Source of the DNA: a virus | Strand: one strand, 5' to 3' | Virus record (IMG/VR): IMGVR_UViG_3300037478_000708 | Coordinates: 64,001-128,000 of that record | Length of the DNA: 64,000 bases | In this document: positions 61,030-64,000 of the stretch, one piece after another | Numbering within the stretch: position 1 is the first letter of the stretch | Layout of the letters: each line of letters opens with the position of its first letter | Translations under genes and position numbers: made by a program | Notes under the pieces: model-generated | Told to the model about the DNA's origin: nothing | Databases searched by the model: none | What the model saw: only the letters and a program-made list of their open reading frames with translations

Positions 61030-64000
61030 AGGTTGCTAGACGCAAGAAGGCAACGGCGAAGAAGCGGCCGGGGCTCAAGCAGCGCGCGCGAGAGGCGCGG
61101 CCGATCTCGTTGCGGCCGATCGTGCTGCGGGGAGATGAGCCGAAGTCCGGATGTCGGTGGTGTCCGCTCTTCCCCTGGAGTGCGGACTTTCCCTGCGAGG
61201 GTGACTATCACCTCGACGCCGACAAGCAGCGCGCTAAGGAACCCGAGGGGCACCGCGTCCGCAACCGCTGCGTGCAGGAGCCGGAGTGGACTCAGGTCGA
61301 CGTGCTCTGCGTGGGCGAGGCTCCGGGCGGCGATGAGGATCGAGTCGGGCTGCCCTTCGTAGGGCGCTCGGGGAAGCTCCTGCGCGAGACGATTCAGACC
61401 CTCGCGGAGACGACGCCCCTGAAGGTGGAGCAGTTCGGCTTCACGAACGTCGTGCGCTGCCGGCCGTCGTCGCGCAACCGCAAGCCGGGCAAGACGGAGA
61501 TCAAGAGCTGCCTGCCCCAGCTCGTTCGGGAGATCGAGGCGCGCAAGCCGAAGGTGCTGATGGCCTTCGGGGGCATCGCCTTGGAGTACCTGACGGGGCA
61601 GACGGGCATCACGTCGTTCAACGCCCGCGTGCTCGATTGCGTCCTGCCGGGCTGGGAAGACCTCAAGGTCGTGGCTTGTGTCCACCCCGCGTACATCCTG
61701 CGGATGGACCACGAGCTGCCGAAGTTCATCGAAGCCTTCGAGGTGCTCGCGGATGTCGTGATGGGAACACACGAGCCGCTGCCGGGGCCGGGTGAGTACG
61801 CCGTCCTGACGCGTCTCGCGGAAGTCCGCGGGTTGATCGCTTCCTACCGCAAGGTGGGAACGAAGGTGGCCGTCGACACCGAGACCGGGAGCCTCTATTG
61901 GTTTCAGGAGAAGTGGCCGCGGTTGTTGTGCTTCTCGCTGACCAACAAGGCCGGTGAGGCGTACGTGATTCCGCTGGACCACAAGGACAGTCCGTGGCGT
62001 GTCGGTGGGCCCCTGGAGCACGAACGCGCGGAGCTGTTCACGATCATCGGTGGGCTGCTCGAGGACCCCGGGATCGAGAAGGTGCTCCAAAACGGGAAGT
62101 TCGACGCGAAGCACGTCGAGCACGCGATCGGCTACGCGCTCGTGAACTACCGCGACACGATGCTGACGCACCTTGTCCTCGACGAGCGCAAGGGAACGCA
62201 CGGCCTGAAGACCTTGGCCTACGGCTACACGGGCATGGGCGGCTACGAGAAGCCGCTAGACGACTACTGCGAGAAGCACCCGGAAGCGAACGTGAGGCGG
62301 GGAGGGAGCTACGCCAACGTTCCCGGGGAGATCCTCTTCGTGTATGCCGGGATGGACGCCGACGTGACGTTCCGCGTCGACGAAGGTCTGCTCGCGGAGG
62401 AGGCGTACCGGACGAATCCTCGGTTGCAGGCGTTGGCCGAGACGTTCCTGCCGGCGCTGTCGGTCGTGCTCTCCGACATCGAGTACGAGGGCGCGCAGAT
62501 CGACAAGCGCGTCGTCAAGAAGCTCGACAAGAAGTACACGCGCATCATGGCGGACAAGACGCGCGAGATCGCGCGCTTCCCCGCTGTCGTTGAGTACGCG
62601 CAGTCGCCCGACAAGACGGGCGATCCCGGCGTCTTCAATCCGGGTAGCCACCGGCAGCTACAGGACGTGCTGTTCGGCTACATGGGTGCCACGCCGGTCT
62701 CCCTGACCGACGGCGGACTGAAGCGGCTCTCGCTGCGCTACGACAAGGCCGTGCAGAAGTGGCGCAACCGGCGCAAGGGGCCCAAGCCGCGGTTTCAGTC
62801 CGTCGTGCAGAAGGCCATTCGGAGCGCGGAGTGGGAGTTCTTCTCGACGGACGCCGAGGTGCTGCATGAGCTGGAGCGCAAGGGCAACAAGCTCTGCCCG
62901 CTGATCCTCGAGTACCGCGCGGCGGAGACGCTCTACGGCACGTTCGTCAAGCCGCTCATGTACAACTTGGATCCGCACGGACGGATCCACGGCAACTTCA
63001 ACATTCACGGCACCGTCACGGGTCGGCTCAGTTCGGACGATCCGAACCTACAGAACATCCCCAACAAGGGCGGCGGTCTCATCAAGAGCGCCTACGTCTC
63101 GCGCTTCGGAGACGAGGGTCTGCTCGGCCAAGCGGACTACTCGCAGATCGAGCTGCGGGTCGCGGCGAGCGTCTTCAGCGAGCCCAACATGCTCCGCGCG
63201 TACCGCGAAGGGCAGGACGTGCACATGCTGACCGCGATCGACATCTCGGGTCTCTCGCCCGAGAAGTTCAAGCGGCTGTCGTCGTCCGATCAGAAAGCGT
63301 GGCGCACGCGGGCCAAGCGGATCAACTTCGGCATCCTCTACGGTGGTGGTCCGCCCACGCTCCAGAACACCCTGCGGAAGGACGGCGTGTTCGTCACGCT
63401 CGACGAATGCCGTGAGCTGCTCGAGCGGTACTTCCGCGTGCGTCCGAAGCTCAAGGAAGGGATCGCGGCGCTCGAGCGCGGCGTGCGCAAGCTCGGCTAT
63501 CTGGAGAGCTTCACCGGCCGCCGTCGGCGTCTGCCGGAGGTGTACAGCGAGGACGAGGAGATCGTCGCCCGTGCACTCCGCCAGTCGGGCAACTTCCCGA
63601 TCCAAAACGGTGCTTCCGAGATGACGCTCATGTCGCTGGTCCTCATCTGGCAGGAGATGCAGGACCGTGGCTACCGCTCGAAGATCATCCTGACCGTGCA
63701 CGACTCGATCATCTTCGATCTGCACGTCGACGAAGCCTTCGAGGTGATGTCGCTCGCTCGGCAGATCATGGAGTCGATCACGAAGCTCTCGGATCAAGTG
63801 CTGCCGGGGCTGGACTGGTCGTGGCTCAAGGTTCCGATCGTCGCCGACTGTGAGGTCGGCCGCGATTGGCAGGCGCTCGTGGGCATTGATCCCGACGACA
63901 TCCTGCGCGGCGCCACGAGCAAGAAGGAACTGTGGGCGTGGGACGAGGAGAAGGAGGACTGGTTCCTGGCGCGGGATCCGGCCAACGAAGACGAACTCTG
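61026..64000 (+). CDS. Family A DNA polymerase with N-terminal family-4 UDG-like domain and 3'-5' exonuclease (3'-partial; absent from the ORF track)
   Basis: One open frame from GTG 61026: CRWCPL, VGEAPG..ED..G.PFVG.SG.LL, N.VRC.P, HPA; exonuclease DTET, N.KFD, YA.MD; polymerase TGRLSS..PNLQN, DYSQIELR, AKRINFGILYG, VHDS. Confidence 0.95.
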   Translation, partial: MKVARRKKATAKKRPGLKQRAREARPISLRPIVLRGDEPKSGCRWCPLFPWSADFPCEGDYHLDADKQRAKEPEGHRVRNRCVQEPEWTQVDVLCVGEAPGGDEDRVGLPFVGRSGKLLRETIQTLAETTPLKVEQFGFTNVVRCRPSSRNRKPGKTEIKSCLPQLVREIEARKPKVLMAFGGIALEYLTGQTGITSFNARVLDCVLPGWEDLKVVACVHPAYILRMDHELPKFIEAFEVLADVVMGTHEPLPGPGEYAVLTRLAEVRGLIASYRKVGTKVAVDTETGSLYWFQEKWPRLLCFSLTNKAGEAYVIPLDHKDSPWRVGGPLEHERAELFTIIGGLLEDPGIEKVLQNGKFDAKHVEHAIGYALVNYRDTMLTHLVLDERKGTHGLKTLAYGYTGMGGYEKPLDDYCEKHPEANVRRGGSYANVPGEILFVYAGMDADVTFRVDEGLLAEEAYRTNPRLQALAETFLPALSVVLSDIEYEGAQIDKRVVKKLDKKYTRIMADKTREIARFPAVVEYAQSPDKTGDPGVFNPGSHRQLQDVLFGYMGATPVSLTDGGLKRLSLRYDKAVQKWRNRRKGPKPRFQSVVQKAIRSAEWEFFSTDAEVLHELERKGNKLCPLILEYRAAETLYGTFVKPLMYNLDPHGRIHGNFNIHGTVTGRLSSDDPNLQNIPNKGGGLIKSAYVSRFGDEGLLGQADYSQIELRVAASVFSEPNMLRAYREGQDVHMLTAIDISGLSPEKFKRLSSSDQKAWRTRAKRINFGILYGGGPPTLQNTLRKDGVFVTLDECRELLERYFRVRPKLKEGIAALERGVRKLGYLESFTGRRRRLPEVYSEDEEIVARALRQSGNFPIQNGASEMTLMSLVLIWQEMQDRGYRSKIILTVHDSIIFDLHVDEAFEVMSLARQIMESITKLSDQVLPGLDWSWLKVPIVADCEVGRDWQALVGIDPDDILRGATSKKELWAWDEEKEDWFLARDPANEDEL

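Noticed and set aside
57536-64000. Inteins or introns in the helicase, primase or polymerase
   Set aside because: Conserved motifs are normally spaced, and no intein splice-junction or LAGLIDADG blocks were seen.
1-64000. Stop-codon reassignment
   Set aside because: Genes are full length in the standard code and end in TAA, TAG and TGA with normal coupling.

Overview
High-GC segment of a large contractile-tailed (myovirus-type) dsDNA phage or prophage in three blocks. (1) 1-31.7 kb, + strand: tail and baseplate module with sheath (5' end outside the window), tube, chaperone with a probable programmed frameshift, tape measure, tube initiator, hub, spike, PAAR, gp25, J, gpI-like, collar/fibre proteins and a 21-aa-repeat protein, interrupted by an antisense NUMOD4-HNH endonuclease. 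(2) 31.7-52 kb: divergently transcribed accessory region of mostly short genes, including an SNF2 helicase, DUF932-, DUF6927-, DUF4942-methylase- and LPD29-like genes, a GHKL ATPase-zincin fusion, a PAPS-reductase-like gene, a degenerate tRNA, a stand-alone GGDEF protein and a multi-Myb protein. (3) 52-64 kb: replication module with RecQ, a phosphoesterase, an origin-like non-coding region, UvsW-like helicase, DnaB-like helicase, primase and a UDG-fused family A polymerase that runs off the window. Two cis-element families stand out. First, nine sigma28/FliA/WhiG-like promoters (YTHMAS-N16-GHCGAHRR) with an invariant 16-nt spacer are confined to the accessory block, and one drives the GGDEF gene. 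Second, seven dispersed copies of an invariant 15-bp palindrome GTGACA-CGC-TGTCAC with matS-like half-sites occur in both orientations. All family assignments are from motif recognition by eye; no searches were run.
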